Assembly: GCA_963777495.1 (NCBI GenBank)
Contig: CAVZQM010000004.1
Coordinates: 426,715 to 490,714 of the forward strand
Direction of reading: 5' to 3'
Origin: an uncultured Actinomycetes bacterium
GTDB lineage: Bacteria; Actinomycetota; UBA4738; HRBIN12
DNA length: 64,000 bases
The notes below the pieces were generated by a model. The model did not search any database. It was not told the DNA's origin and was given only the letters and a program-made list of their open reading frames with translations. Of the stretch, positions 30,043 to 38,525 are shown in pieces (the first letter of the stretch is position 1; every line of letters begins with the position of its first letter). The position numbers and the translations under genes were made by a program.

Positions 30043-30161
30043 GCCCACAACCGGTTCGGAACCTTCCCGCCCTTGGGGCGGTCTGCTCCTTTCGGCCCGG
30101 GGAACCGGCTGCCGGCTGGGGGCATAGGCTGGGAGCGCCGAAGGATCGAAGGGGAGAGCGA

Positions 30162-30689
30162 GTGCAGGAGCCCGATCCTCGCACGCTGGCGAGAGCGCGC
30201 CAGGGCGACCTGCCCGCCTTCGAAGAGCTGGTCCGCACGTATCAGGCCGAGGTCTACCGGTTCGCCCGCCACCTGACCCGCGACCGCACGGCGGCGGAAG
30301 ACGTCACGCAGGAGACGTTCCTTCGCGCGTTCCGGTTCATCGGCGGCTACCGGGGCGAGACGCGGTTCTCGTCGTGGCTCTTCCGCATCGCCCGGAACTG
30401 CGCGATCGATGCGGCACGCAAGCAGCACTATCCGGTCGTCGACCAGGACGCCCGGCCCGAGCGCGCCCGCGGCGTGGCAGACGCCGTGGTCCGCGCCGAG
30501 CTCGACGCGGCGCTCGGCACGCTCGGGTCCGAGCACCGCGAGACGTTCCTGATGGTGGAGGTCCTGGGGCTCTCCCATCAGGAGGTCGCCGACATCCAGA
30601 ACGTGCGGGTCGGGACCGTGAAGAGCCGTATGTTCCGCGCGCGTCAGGCCCTCTGCCGGGCGCTCGACGACGAGGAGGCGGCCCGGTGA
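30162..30689 (+). CDS. ECF (group IV) RNA polymerase sigma factor
   Basis: Region 2 (FEELVRTYQAEVYRFARHLTRDRTAAEDVTQETFLRAF) and region 4 (LSHQEVADIQNVRVGTVKSRMFRAR). A GTG start follows a purine-rich ribosome-binding site. Confidence 0.9.
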   Translation: MQEPDPRTLARARQGDLPAFEELVRTYQAEVYRFARHLTRDRTAAEDVTQETFLRAFRFIGGYRGETRFSSWLFRIARNCAIDAARKQHYPVVDQDARPERARGVADAVVRAELDAALGTLGSEHRETFLMVEVLGLSHQEVADIQNVRVGTVKSRMFRARQALCRALDDEEAAR

Positions 30690-32653
30690 ACTGCGATCGC
30701 GCCCAGGCCGTGCTGTCCGATCGGCTCGACGGCGAGCGCGCGCCCGAGCGCGTGGGGTTGGCGGTGGACGAGCACGCGGCGTCGTGCGCCCGGTGCCGGT
30801 CGTTCGAGGCCGGCGCGGTCCGGCTCCGTGCTTCCGTCCGGGTGCGGGCGGCGGAGCCGGTACCGGACCTGGTCGGTTCGATCATGGCCCGCGTCGCGTC
30901 CGAAGCGAGCGTCCGTCCTCGCGAACGCGTGCTGGTGCCCGCGGCCGGTCGGCGGCGCCCGGGGAGGAGCCGGCGGCTCACACCGGTCATCGCGGCGGCG
31001 GTCGCCGGGCTCATGGCCGGCAGCGTCGTCGTCGGAGGCCCGTGGCAACGGCCCACGACCCGTCCGATCGCGGCGGCGGCGGTCGTCCTCGGCGTGCAGG
31101 CCACGGCGCCATCCCTCGACGCGTTCGCGGCGACGTTCGCCGTCACCGAGCACGGCCTGTCCCCCGACGTCCCCGAGCGGCGGCTCCGTATGGACGTCGC
31201 GTTCTTGGCGCCGCAGCGGTTCCGGCTGGACGTCACCGATCAGACGACGTACCCCTCGACGCGGTGGACGCCGACGGACCTGACGTTCGTCGCGGACGGC
31301 ACCTCGACGTACCGATCCGGCGCGACCGGATGCCCGGCCAACCTGCCCGACGGCGGATGCCCGCCCACGCGAACGACGGTCACCACGCGATCCGCGTACT
31401 CGTTGCGCGCGCCTGCCCCGGCCGACCTGGTGCTCCCGCTGACGACGTTCTCGTCGGCCGACGGCATCGAGGTCGTGGGGACGGATCGCGTCGCGGAACG
31501 CGACGCGATCCGGGTGCGGCTGACGTTCGCACGTGCGCGTGCCCTGTTCCCGTTCCTGCAACTGGGCGGGACGTGGCGCCCGTTCTTCGACGACGACCGC
31601 GTGGACCTGTGGCTGGACGCCGCGGGGTGGTTCCCGCTGCGCTACACGGTCGTTCCGTCAACCGATCCATCGCGGGCGCCGTGGGAGCTGCGGTTCGGGC
31701 TGCCGCACGAACCGACCGATCGGCCGATCTTCGACGTGCGACTCACGTCGATCGAACGGGAGGCGCCGGACGCATCGACGTTCGACGTGCCCGGCTGGTC
31801 CCGCGCGCCGAGCGTGCCGCTCGCCTCCTTCCCGCGGCGCGTCGGGTACCTGCCGGTCACGCCCGCCGAGCCCGGAGCCTTGCGGTTGTCGGGAGCCGTC
31901 GTCCCGCCGGGCGACGAAGACGACGTCCCGCGGTCGGTCCTGCTGTACACGGACGGCATGTCGTACGTCCGGATCGGCGAACGCCCCGACTGGACGGGTC
32001 GCTCCCTGTTCGGTCCGATCGACGAGGCCGCACAACAGGTGGACCTGGTCGGTGGGGGCGTCGCGTACTACGAGCCCGCCGGCGACGGGCTCGGACGCCG
32101 CGTGGCGATCCACGCCGCGGAGACCAACGTCTTCCTCGAGTCCAACCTCCCCCGTGCCCAACTCCTCGCCGTGGCCGCGTCGATCCCCGTCCGCGGCAGG
32201 GCGCTCCCCGACGCGTGGCGGACGCTCACGGGCTCGGGCGTCTCGATCGAACGGGTCGCGCCCGACGAGGCCCTGGCGCGCTCGCCGGTCGCCATCGACC
32301 TGCCGGCGACCCTGCCGGCGGGCTACGTGCTGGCGAGCGCGCTGGTCGCGTCGGACACGACGACCGCCGAGCGCGCGGTGGTCGCCGTCACGTTCGTCTT
32401 CCGCCAGCGGGAGAGCGACGACGCCGGCGGTCCGATCGTGTTGCACATCCAAGTGGGAGAGGCCCTGCCGCCCGCCTCATCGGCCCGGCAGTCACTGCTG
32501 GACCTCGACGGCGCCGAGGCCAGGTGGACGCCGGAGCGCAGCCTGCTGGAGTGGATCGATGGCGGCGCATACCTGTCCCTCGAAGGCGACCTGACGTTGA
32601 CGGCGATGCTCGACCTGGCGTCGCAGGTTCGGCCGTCGGAGGCGGGCCCATGA
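30686..32653 (+). CDS. Anti-sigma factor (zf-HC2) with TM helix and large extracytoplasmic domain
   Basis: The GTG start overlaps the sigma stop (GTGA). It has the HxxxCxxC motif (HAASCARC), a single TM segment (LTPVIAAAVAGLMAGSVVVGG), and about 530 aa outside the membrane that I cannot assign. Confidence 0.7.
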   Translation: MNCDRAQAVLSDRLDGERAPERVGLAVDEHAASCARCRSFEAGAVRLRASVRVRAAEPVPDLVGSIMARVASEASVRPRERVLVPAAGRRRPGRSRRLTPVIAAAVAGLMAGSVVVGGPWQRPTTRPIAAAAVVLGVQATAPSLDAFAATFAVTEHGLSPDVPERRLRMDVAFLAPQRFRLDVTDQTTYPSTRWTPTDLTFVADGTSTYRSGATGCPANLPDGGCPPTRTTVTTRSAYSLRAPAPADLVLPLTTFSSADGIEVVGTDRVAERDAIRVRLTFARARALFPFLQLGGTWRPFFDDDRVDLWLDAAGWFPLRYTVVPSTDPSRAPWELRFGLPHEPTDRPIFDVRLTSIEREAPDASTFDVPGWSRAPSVPLASFPRRVGYLPVTPAEPGALRLSGAVVPPGDEDDVPRSVLLYTDGMSYVRIGERPDWTGRSLFGPIDEAAQQVDLVGGGVAYYEPAGDGLGRRVAIHAAETNVFLESNLPRAQLLAVAASIPVRGRALPDAWRTLTGSGVSIERVAPDEALARSPVAIDLPATLPAGYVLASALVASDTTTAERAVVAVTFVFRQRESDDAGGPIVLHIQVGEALPPASSARQSLLDLDGAEARWTPERSLLEWIDGGAYLSLEGDLTLTAMLDLASQVRPSEAGP

Positions 32654-33867
32654 GGTCGCTGCCGAAGGTTCTCGCCGGTCTGCTGGTGGGGCTCATCCTG
32701 GGTGCGACGCTCACGCTGGCGGTGCAGAGCCGCGGTGAACAACTGCTGGACGCGCCGGGCGGCCTCCCCATCGAACCCGCGACGCCCGAGGGCGACGCCG
32801 AGCCGCCGGCCACGTTCCTGGCGTGGGTGCCCGGCGGACTGCCGCCCGGGTTCTCGCGGTCGGTGGCCGACCTCCCCTCGATCCTGCGGGTGACGGCGGT
32901 GGCCGAAGACAACGTCTGGATGACCCGCTCCTGGTCCTCCGATGGGGCGCTCGTGGACCGTCCCACCCGTCCATACGCCATCCCGATCGACGCGGCGGCC
33001 GTCTCACCACGCTCGTTCGGCTCGTTCCTGCCGCCGCCCGACCGGGCCGTGATCGCGGCGCTGGCGGACGGTCAGGGCGTGTTGAGCGCGACGTCCGCGG
33101 AGCTGCGCGGGCTCGGGCCGGGCGCGGAGCTCGCGTTCCAGGGAGGCACACGCGTTCGGATCGTCGACGTCTTGCCGGACGAGCTCGTGGGCGCGGCCGA
33201 GCTCGTGGTTTCGAAAGCGACCGGCGCGACCATCGGCGTTCGCCGGCAGCGCTACCTGCTGGTGCAGCCGCGCGCCGGCGGCGCCGTGACGTCGACGGAG
33301 CTCCGCGCGCGGCTGCGGCCGCTGCTCCCCGCCGACCTGGGCATCTACCGCCGGGTCCAGGTCCGCGCGCCGGGCGAGACCCCGTACTTCCGCTCCGGCG
33401 ACGCGGTGCTGCCGCCCGTGATGATCAAGGCGCTGTTCGGGGAGTTCGCGGCACGACCGGCGCCGGGACGACCCGGCTACCTGGACATCGATCCCGCCTG
33501 GGTGCGCACGCACGTCGTCACCGTTCGCGTCCCGCTGATCGGGGACGTCACGTGCAACCGCGCGCTCGTCCCGCAGCTCCGCGACGCGATGTCCTCGCTC
33601 GAACGGCGAGGGCTCGGGGACCTGATCGAGTCCTACGCGGGCTGCTTCGCGCCGAAGTTCGTCAACCGCGATCCGACGGCGATGCTCTCGCACCACGCGT
33701 GGGGCATCGCGTTCGACTGCAACTTCGACGGCAACGCGTACGGGCAGCCGCCGGACCAGGACCCGCGCCTGGTCCGCACGATGGAACGCTTCGGCTTCAT
33801 CTGGGGCGGTACGTTCATCGTCCCCGACGGGAACCATTTCGAGTACCGCCGCCCCGCCGCCGGATAG
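32650..33867 (+). CDS. Membrane-anchored M15-family (VanY-like) D-Ala-D-Ala carboxypeptidase with uncharacterised N-terminal domain
   Basis: The ATG overlaps the anti-sigma stop (ATGA). It has a signal anchor and a C-terminal SHHAWGIAFD motif (SxHxxGxAxD) plus VPDGNHFEY. Confidence 0.8.
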   Translation: MRSLPKVLAGLLVGLILGATLTLAVQSRGEQLLDAPGGLPIEPATPEGDAEPPATFLAWVPGGLPPGFSRSVADLPSILRVTAVAEDNVWMTRSWSSDGALVDRPTRPYAIPIDAAAVSPRSFGSFLPPPDRAVIAALADGQGVLSATSAELRGLGPGAELAFQGGTRVRIVDVLPDELVGAAELVVSKATGATIGVRRQRYLLVQPRAGGAVTSTELRARLRPLLPADLGIYRRVQVRAPGETPYFRSGDAVLPPVMIKALFGEFAARPAPGRPGYLDIDPAWVRTHVVTVRVPLIGDVTCNRALVPQLRDAMSSLERRGLGDLIESYAGCFAPKFVNRDPTAMLSHHAWGIAFDCNFDGNAYGQPPDQDPRLVRTMERFGFIWGGTFIVPDGNHFEYRRPAAG

Positions 33868-33957
33868 CACGGAACCCTTCGCGTCCTCGGCCGGTCTGTA
33901 GTCCGCGTCGGCACACACCGATGCGTCGGCACCACACCGAGCGGATGTGGAGGGGAC

Positions 33958-34860
33958 ATGGCACTCAGAGAGGCTCAGCGGGTCGGGCTGACGGACGAGC
34001 AGCGCCAACGGTTCGAACGCGACGGCTACCTGATCGTCGAAGACGCGCTCGACACGGCACTCATCGCGCGGTTGGTCGACGCCGTCGACCGGGTCTGGTC
34101 GGCCCATCGCGATGGTCCCCCGGTCGCGGGCGCCGATCCGCTGCACCTGCTCGCGTTCGTCGGACGCGATCCGCTCTTCCTGGAACTGCTCGACCACGAA
34201 CCGATCCTCCACCTGGTCGTCGACCTCTTGGGATGGAACGTGTTCGTGCACCACTGCCACCTCGACGTCCATCCTCCGATGGACGGGCCCTCGCCACGGC
34301 GGTGGATGTGGCATCAGGACGGCGGGCTGCAGAACCGCGACCTGGAGACGCATCCGCGGCCGAGGATGTCCGTGAAGGTCGCGTACTTCCTGTCGGACGT
34401 GAGCGAGCCGGGACGAGGGAACTTCTCCGTCCTGCCGGGCTCGCACCTGCGCGACACGTTGGAACGGCCGCCGGACGACGACAACGATCTCGCCGGAGCC
34501 GTTCCCGTCCTCGCCCGGCCCGGGACGGCGGTGCTGTTCGACCGGCGCCTGTGGCACATGCGCGGAGAGAACCGTTCGTCGCTGACCCGCCGGGCGCTGT
34601 TCTACGCGTACACCTACCGGTGGGTGCGGGCACGCGACGACATCCACATCCCGCCCGAACTGTTCGACACGATCACCCCGGTCCGCGCGCAGCTACTGGG
34701 TGCCGGCGCGAGCGCGGTCGGGCATTGGATGCCCGCGGACGTCGACGCCCCGCTGCGCACATGGGGGGACATCAACGGCGGCGGACCCGCTGGTCGACGC
34801 ACGGCGGCAAGCTCCCGCCGTTCGGATCCTTCAGTGCAGAGCCCCGTTACGAGCCGATAA
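33958..34860 (+). CDS. Phytanoyl-CoA dioxygenase (PhyH) family Fe(II)/2-oxoglutarate oxygenase
   Basis: Sequence QRQRFERDGYLIVEDAL..., WHQDGG, ...AVLFDRRLWHMRGEN. Confidence 0.85.
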   Translation: MALREAQRVGLTDEQRQRFERDGYLIVEDALDTALIARLVDAVDRVWSAHRDGPPVAGADPLHLLAFVGRDPLFLELLDHEPILHLVVDLLGWNVFVHHCHLDVHPPMDGPSPRRWMWHQDGGLQNRDLETHPRPRMSVKVAYFLSDVSEPGRGNFSVLPGSHLRDTLERPPDDDNDLAGAVPVLARPGTAVLFDRRLWHMRGENRSSLTRRALFYAYTYRWVRARDDIHIPPELFDTITPVRAQLLGAGASAVGHWMPADVDAPLRTWGDINGGGPAGRRTAASSRRSDPSVQSPVTSR

Positions 34861-35407
34861 GCTGATCGAGCGTCGCCTCCAGGTCGGGCTCCGAGAGCAC
34901 GCCGTGCACGACCTGGGCGGTGCCGTCGTCGTTCACGAAGACCCAGGCGGGCTGGTACGGAACGCCGAAGCGCGACCCAGAGCGAGCCGTCTTCAGACAC
35001 CGCTTGTGGGAACCTGAGGAGAACGCATCGACGAACCCTTGCATGGCGTCGGCGGAGTCGTGACCGCCGATGCCCAGGAACTCGACCCGACCTGCGTAGG
35101 CGCGCGAGACCCGCGCGACTTCAGGGGCTTCCCCCTGGCAGATCGTTCACCACGGCGCCCAGAACCAGATGGCAACATCCTTCCCGACGTAGTCGCTTCC
35201 GTTCACCGAGCCTCCCCCGAGGGAGGGAGCCGAGAAGTCCAGCACTTCGGGCACGCCGGCGGGAGGTTCGACGCTTCGAGACGAAGGGACGGCGGTACGG
35301 GTCGGGCCGTTCGCGGCGATGGGGTCGGTCGACGAGCACGCGACCGCGACCGCCGCTAGGGCGCCGATCAGAAGCGGTGCGAAGGTGAGCCTCGACGGAT
35401 GCTTCAC
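34847..35407 (-). CDS. TlpA/ResA-like thioredoxin-fold lipoprotein; in-frame TGA at the first Cys of the CxxC motif (candidate selenoprotein); also a short compensated double frameshift
   Basis: GTG start after AGAGG and a lipobox LIGALAAVAVAC. The active site reads DVAIWFWAPW-TGA-TICQGEAP, with the TGA at 35147-35149 in the same frame as the downstream ORF 34847..35044. The segment between about 35020 and 34978 reads better in another frame (LRFPQAVSEDGSLW). Confidence 0.7.
35116..35146 (-). promoter_or_regulatory. SECIS-like stem-loop immediately 3' of the in-frame UGA
   Basis: The mRNA reads UGA A CGAU CUGC CAGGGG GAAG CCCCUG AA GUCG. It can form a 4-bp lower stem, an internal loop, a perfect 6-bp upper stem and a GAAG apical loop. 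Confidence 0.45.
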
Positions 35408-35444
35408 GGAACCTCTCGGGAGCCGCTCGTCGTAGTGTGGGCCG

Positions 35445-36033
35445 GTGCCGAACATGCAACCGCTGCGGCGGGAAGACCACCCCGAACTCGAGGCGCTCTT
35501 CCGTCATTATGACGAAACCCTGAGCTTCGTCCCGAACAGCCTCTACACGATGGCCCGACGGCCCGAGATCCTGCGCGCGTTCAGCGAGTTGATCACCCAG
35601 ATCTGGAACTCGGGAACCCTCCCCACAGCCGCTGAAACCGCTGATCGGGATCGTCTCGAGCATCGCGGCGGGCTGCCGGTACTGTCAGGCGCATGAGGCC
35701 GTCGACGCTCGGGAGCGCGGCGTGCCCGACGAGAAGATCGCGCAGATCTGGAACTTCGAACGGTCGACCTTGTACGACGAGAGCGAGCGCGTGGCGCTGC
35801 GGTTCGCCCGAGACGCCTCCCTCGTGCCGAACGAGGTGACGCCGGAGCACTTCGAGGCGCTCCGTCTCCACTGGGACGACGGTCAGATCGTGGAGATGCT
35901 CGCCGTCGTCGGATTGTTCGGCTTCCTCAATCGGTGGAACGACACGATGGCGACGCAGATCGAAGATCGACCGACGGAGATCGCGCACGATCACTTCCGC
36001 GAGCATTGGGAGCCGGGCAAGCACGCGGGTTAG
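35445..36033 (+). pseudogene. AhpD/carboxymuconolactone-decarboxylase-family (peroxidase-related) protein, one frameshift
   Basis: The N-terminal part MPNMQPLRREDHPELEALFRHYDETLSFVPNSLYTMARRPEILRAF..IWNSGTLP is in one frame. The rest (LKPLIGIVSSIAAGCRYCQAHEAVDARERGVPDEKIAQIWNFERS...) is in another frame and carries the AhpD-type CxxC motif. The break is at about 35625. Confidence 0.75.
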
Positions 36034-36057
36034 GCACCTCCGGGATCGCGACGGGCC

Positions 36058-36094
36058 GAGCCCGCCGACCTGGGGTTGACGGGTCGGCGGGCTC
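36058..36094. terminator. Bidirectional terminator hairpin between convergent genes
   Basis: Perfect 13-bp inverted repeat GAGCCCGCCGACC (36058-36070) / GGTCGGCGGGCTC (36082-36094) with an 11-nt loop. Confidence 0.5.
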
Positions 36095-36114
36095 GCTCGT
36101 CGACTAGGAGTCCT

Positions 36115-36470
36115 CTACATCACGTCCAGCGTCGTCGATGCGAGCCGGTCGCACGTCGCGTGCATCGCCTCGTACCTCGGCGCGATCGCGAGGTAGTTGC
36201 CGTGCGCATCCATCAGGTGGATGTTCCAGCGGCCCGCGTCGTTGGCGCGGGTCTTGCCCTGCAGCTCGCGTCCGTCGGCCGTGATCTCGAAGACCTTCAC
36301 GACCCGGTTGACCCGGCACTCCGCGTTCGGCGACCGAACCTTGCCGTGGAACACCTCCGTGTCGTGGTTGAACCTGATCGAAACGGTGCCGCCCACCGCC
36401 CATGCCGCCTGCGTCGACGCCCAGCGACATGACGACGGTCGCGAGCACGATCGCTGCCCTTCCTCCGCAT
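36115..36470 (-). pseudogene. Small secreted beta-rich protein (hypothetical), 2 frameshifts within the signal-peptide region
   Basis: GGAGGA ribosome-binding site before the ATG at 36470. The reconstruction is MRRKGS/AIVLATVVMSLG/ASTQAAWAVGGTVSIRFNHDTEVFHGKV...; its three pieces lie in three frames. The mature part is intact to the stop at 36115. Confidence 0.5.
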
Positions 36471-36575
36471 GCGCTCCTCCTCGTGTGTGCGTTCGGACGA
36501 GGGTCACGCTATGTCCGGCACCTCACGACCTGGTTGCGCGGTCCTTACGCCGCCCGAAACTCTCGGTCCGGGTCG

Positions 36576-37787
36576 TCACGATGCGGGCAGTTCCACGGCG
36601 AATCGGGTGCCCACGGCCGGTCGGCTCTCCAGGACGATCGATCCGCCCATGGCCTGCACGATCCGCTCGGCGAGCGCGAGGCCCAAGCCCGCCCCGGCCC
36701 CGCTTCGAGCCGGATCGCCCCGGAAGAACGGCTCGAACACGCGTGGCAGATCGGCCTCCGCGATCCCCTCTCCGGTGTCCTCCACGGCCACGGTGAGGCC
36801 GCGTTCGTCCCTCACCGCCTCGATCCGCACCGTGCCGTCGGGGGGCGTGTGCCGGACGGCGTTCACCAAGCAGGTTCTGCAGCACCCGGACCAACCTCGG
36901 CGAGCAGGTCGCACCGGCCGCACGATCCAGATCCGAGACGATCGAGAGCCCCTTCATCTCGGCGGTGGGCCGGACCGTCGCGAGCGCCGAACGAACGACG
37001 TCATCCAGGTTCGCGCGCGTGGTCTCGGCCCGGATCACGCCGGCATCGAGCTGCGTGAGCTCGAACAGATCGTCCACCATCGCCACCAGCTGCTCGACGG
37101 AACGACGCATCTCTCCCGAGTAGCGACGGATCGTGGGCGCGTCGACCACGACCCCCTCGTCGACCGCCTCGACCATCGCCCGCAGGCTCGCGAGCGGCGT
37201 CCGCAGATCGTGCGAGACCGCGACGATCAGATCCCGGCGCATGGTCTCGGCCAGGAGCTCGCCTTCACGGGCTGCCCGCAAACGTCGGGCTGCGTCGTCC
37301 AACGACCGAGCGAGCGCATCGAGCTCGGGACCGGCGTCCAGGTCGCCGATCGGCGTGTCGAGCTCGCCGTCGCCGATCCGCTGCGCTCCCTCGACCAGCC
37401 GATGTACGGCCTTCGTGGAACCCGAGGCCAGCACCAGGGCGAGCGCGACCGCGGTGCCCGCAGCGAAGACGACCAGCAGCATCACGACCGCCAGGTCGTG
37501 CTCGCTCACCATCATGAGCTTGGCCATGACCGCCAGGTTGGCGAGCGCGACGCCGGCGCCCAGGATCGCCACGACCAGGAACCGGTTCCGCAACGACGTG
37601 GTCCGGAGCACGGCGTTCGCTGCGACCGCCGTGGCCACGGTCACCACGGTCGATCCGACCAGCGGCACCAGCAGATGCGCCAGGTCGCCGAACGACATCC
37701 CCATCAACGCACCGACGCCCAGCCCGGCCAGCGCGCCGAGCAGGCGACGGCCACGACCAGCGCGATCACGCGCAGCGTCTCCCTCAT
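36576..37787 (-). pseudogene. Sensor histidine kinase (HAMP + HisKA + HATPase_c), 2 frameshifts
   Basis: The ATG overlaps the regulator stop (ATGA). The H-box is RRDLIVAVSHDLRTPLASL. The ATPase part LLVNAVRHTPPDGTV...DTGEGI...FEPFFRGD...GAGLGLALAERIV is in another frame. The breaks are at about 37740 and about 36868 (extra T). Confidence 0.85.
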
Positions 37788-38468
37788 GGCTCGAACCGGT
37801 ACCCGACGCCCCACACCGTCAGCAGATGCACCGGTGCCGATGGATCCACCTCGATCTTCTCGCGCAGCCGGCGGATGTGGACCGTGACCGTGGCGGTGTC
37901 GCCATCCCACGCGAAGTCCCAGACCGCCTCGAGCAGAGCCGTTCGGGTGAACGTGATGCCCCGGCGCCGACGCCAGGTGCTCCAACAGGTCGAACTCCTT
38001 GCGGGTGAGGTGGACGTCGCGATCCCCCACACGCGCCTCCCGTCGCCCGCGATCGATCAGCACGTCGCCGAATCGAAGCACGTCATCGTGTTCCGTTCCC
38101 TGCTCCGTCCGGCGCAGCACGGCGCGGACGCGGGCGATCACCTCACGCGGCGAGAACGGCTTCGTCACGTAGTCGTCGGCACCCAGCTCCAGGCCCACGA
38201 TCCGATCGGTCTCGTCGCCACGGGCCGTCAGCATGATGACGGGGGTCGGGGCGTCGGCGCGCATCCGGCGGAACACCTCCAGTCCGTCGATGCGCGGAAG
38301 CATCAGGTCCAGCAGGACCAGCTGCGGGCGCTCTTCGGCGAAGCTCGTCAGCGCCGCCTCACCGTCCTCGGCGATCGCCACCTCGTAGCCCTCCAGCTCG
38401 AGGTATCGCTGCAGGACCTCGCGAACCATCGGCTCGTCGTCGACGACCAGCACGCGCCGCTTGGTCAT
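37784..38468 (-). pseudogene. OmpR-family response regulator, 1 frameshift
   Basis: The receiver domain is MTKRRVLVVDDEPMVREVL...LLDLMLPRIDGLEV..ADDYVTKPFSPREV. The winged-helix part (TRTALLEAVWDFAWDGDTATVTVHIRRLREKIE...LLTVWGVGYRFEP) is in another frame. The break is at about 37965. Confidence 0.85.
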
Positions 38469-38525
38469 CGGGACATCATCCCGCATCGCCGACGAGTGTC
38501 CGGGTCCGGTCATGACACGCATCCG

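Noticed and set aside
30058-30105. ECF autoregulatory promoter upstream of the sigma factor gene (GGAAC at 30058 and at 30101).
   Set aside because: The -35-like pentamers are present, but the spacing to any CGT-type -10 element is off (18 nt to GTC, or none). The evidence is too weak to annotate as a feature.
35445-36033. AhpD-like gene considered as a second selenoprotein.
   Set aside because: Its interruption is a frame change, not an in-frame TGA. The CxxC motif (GCRYCQAH) is encoded with ordinary Cys codons.
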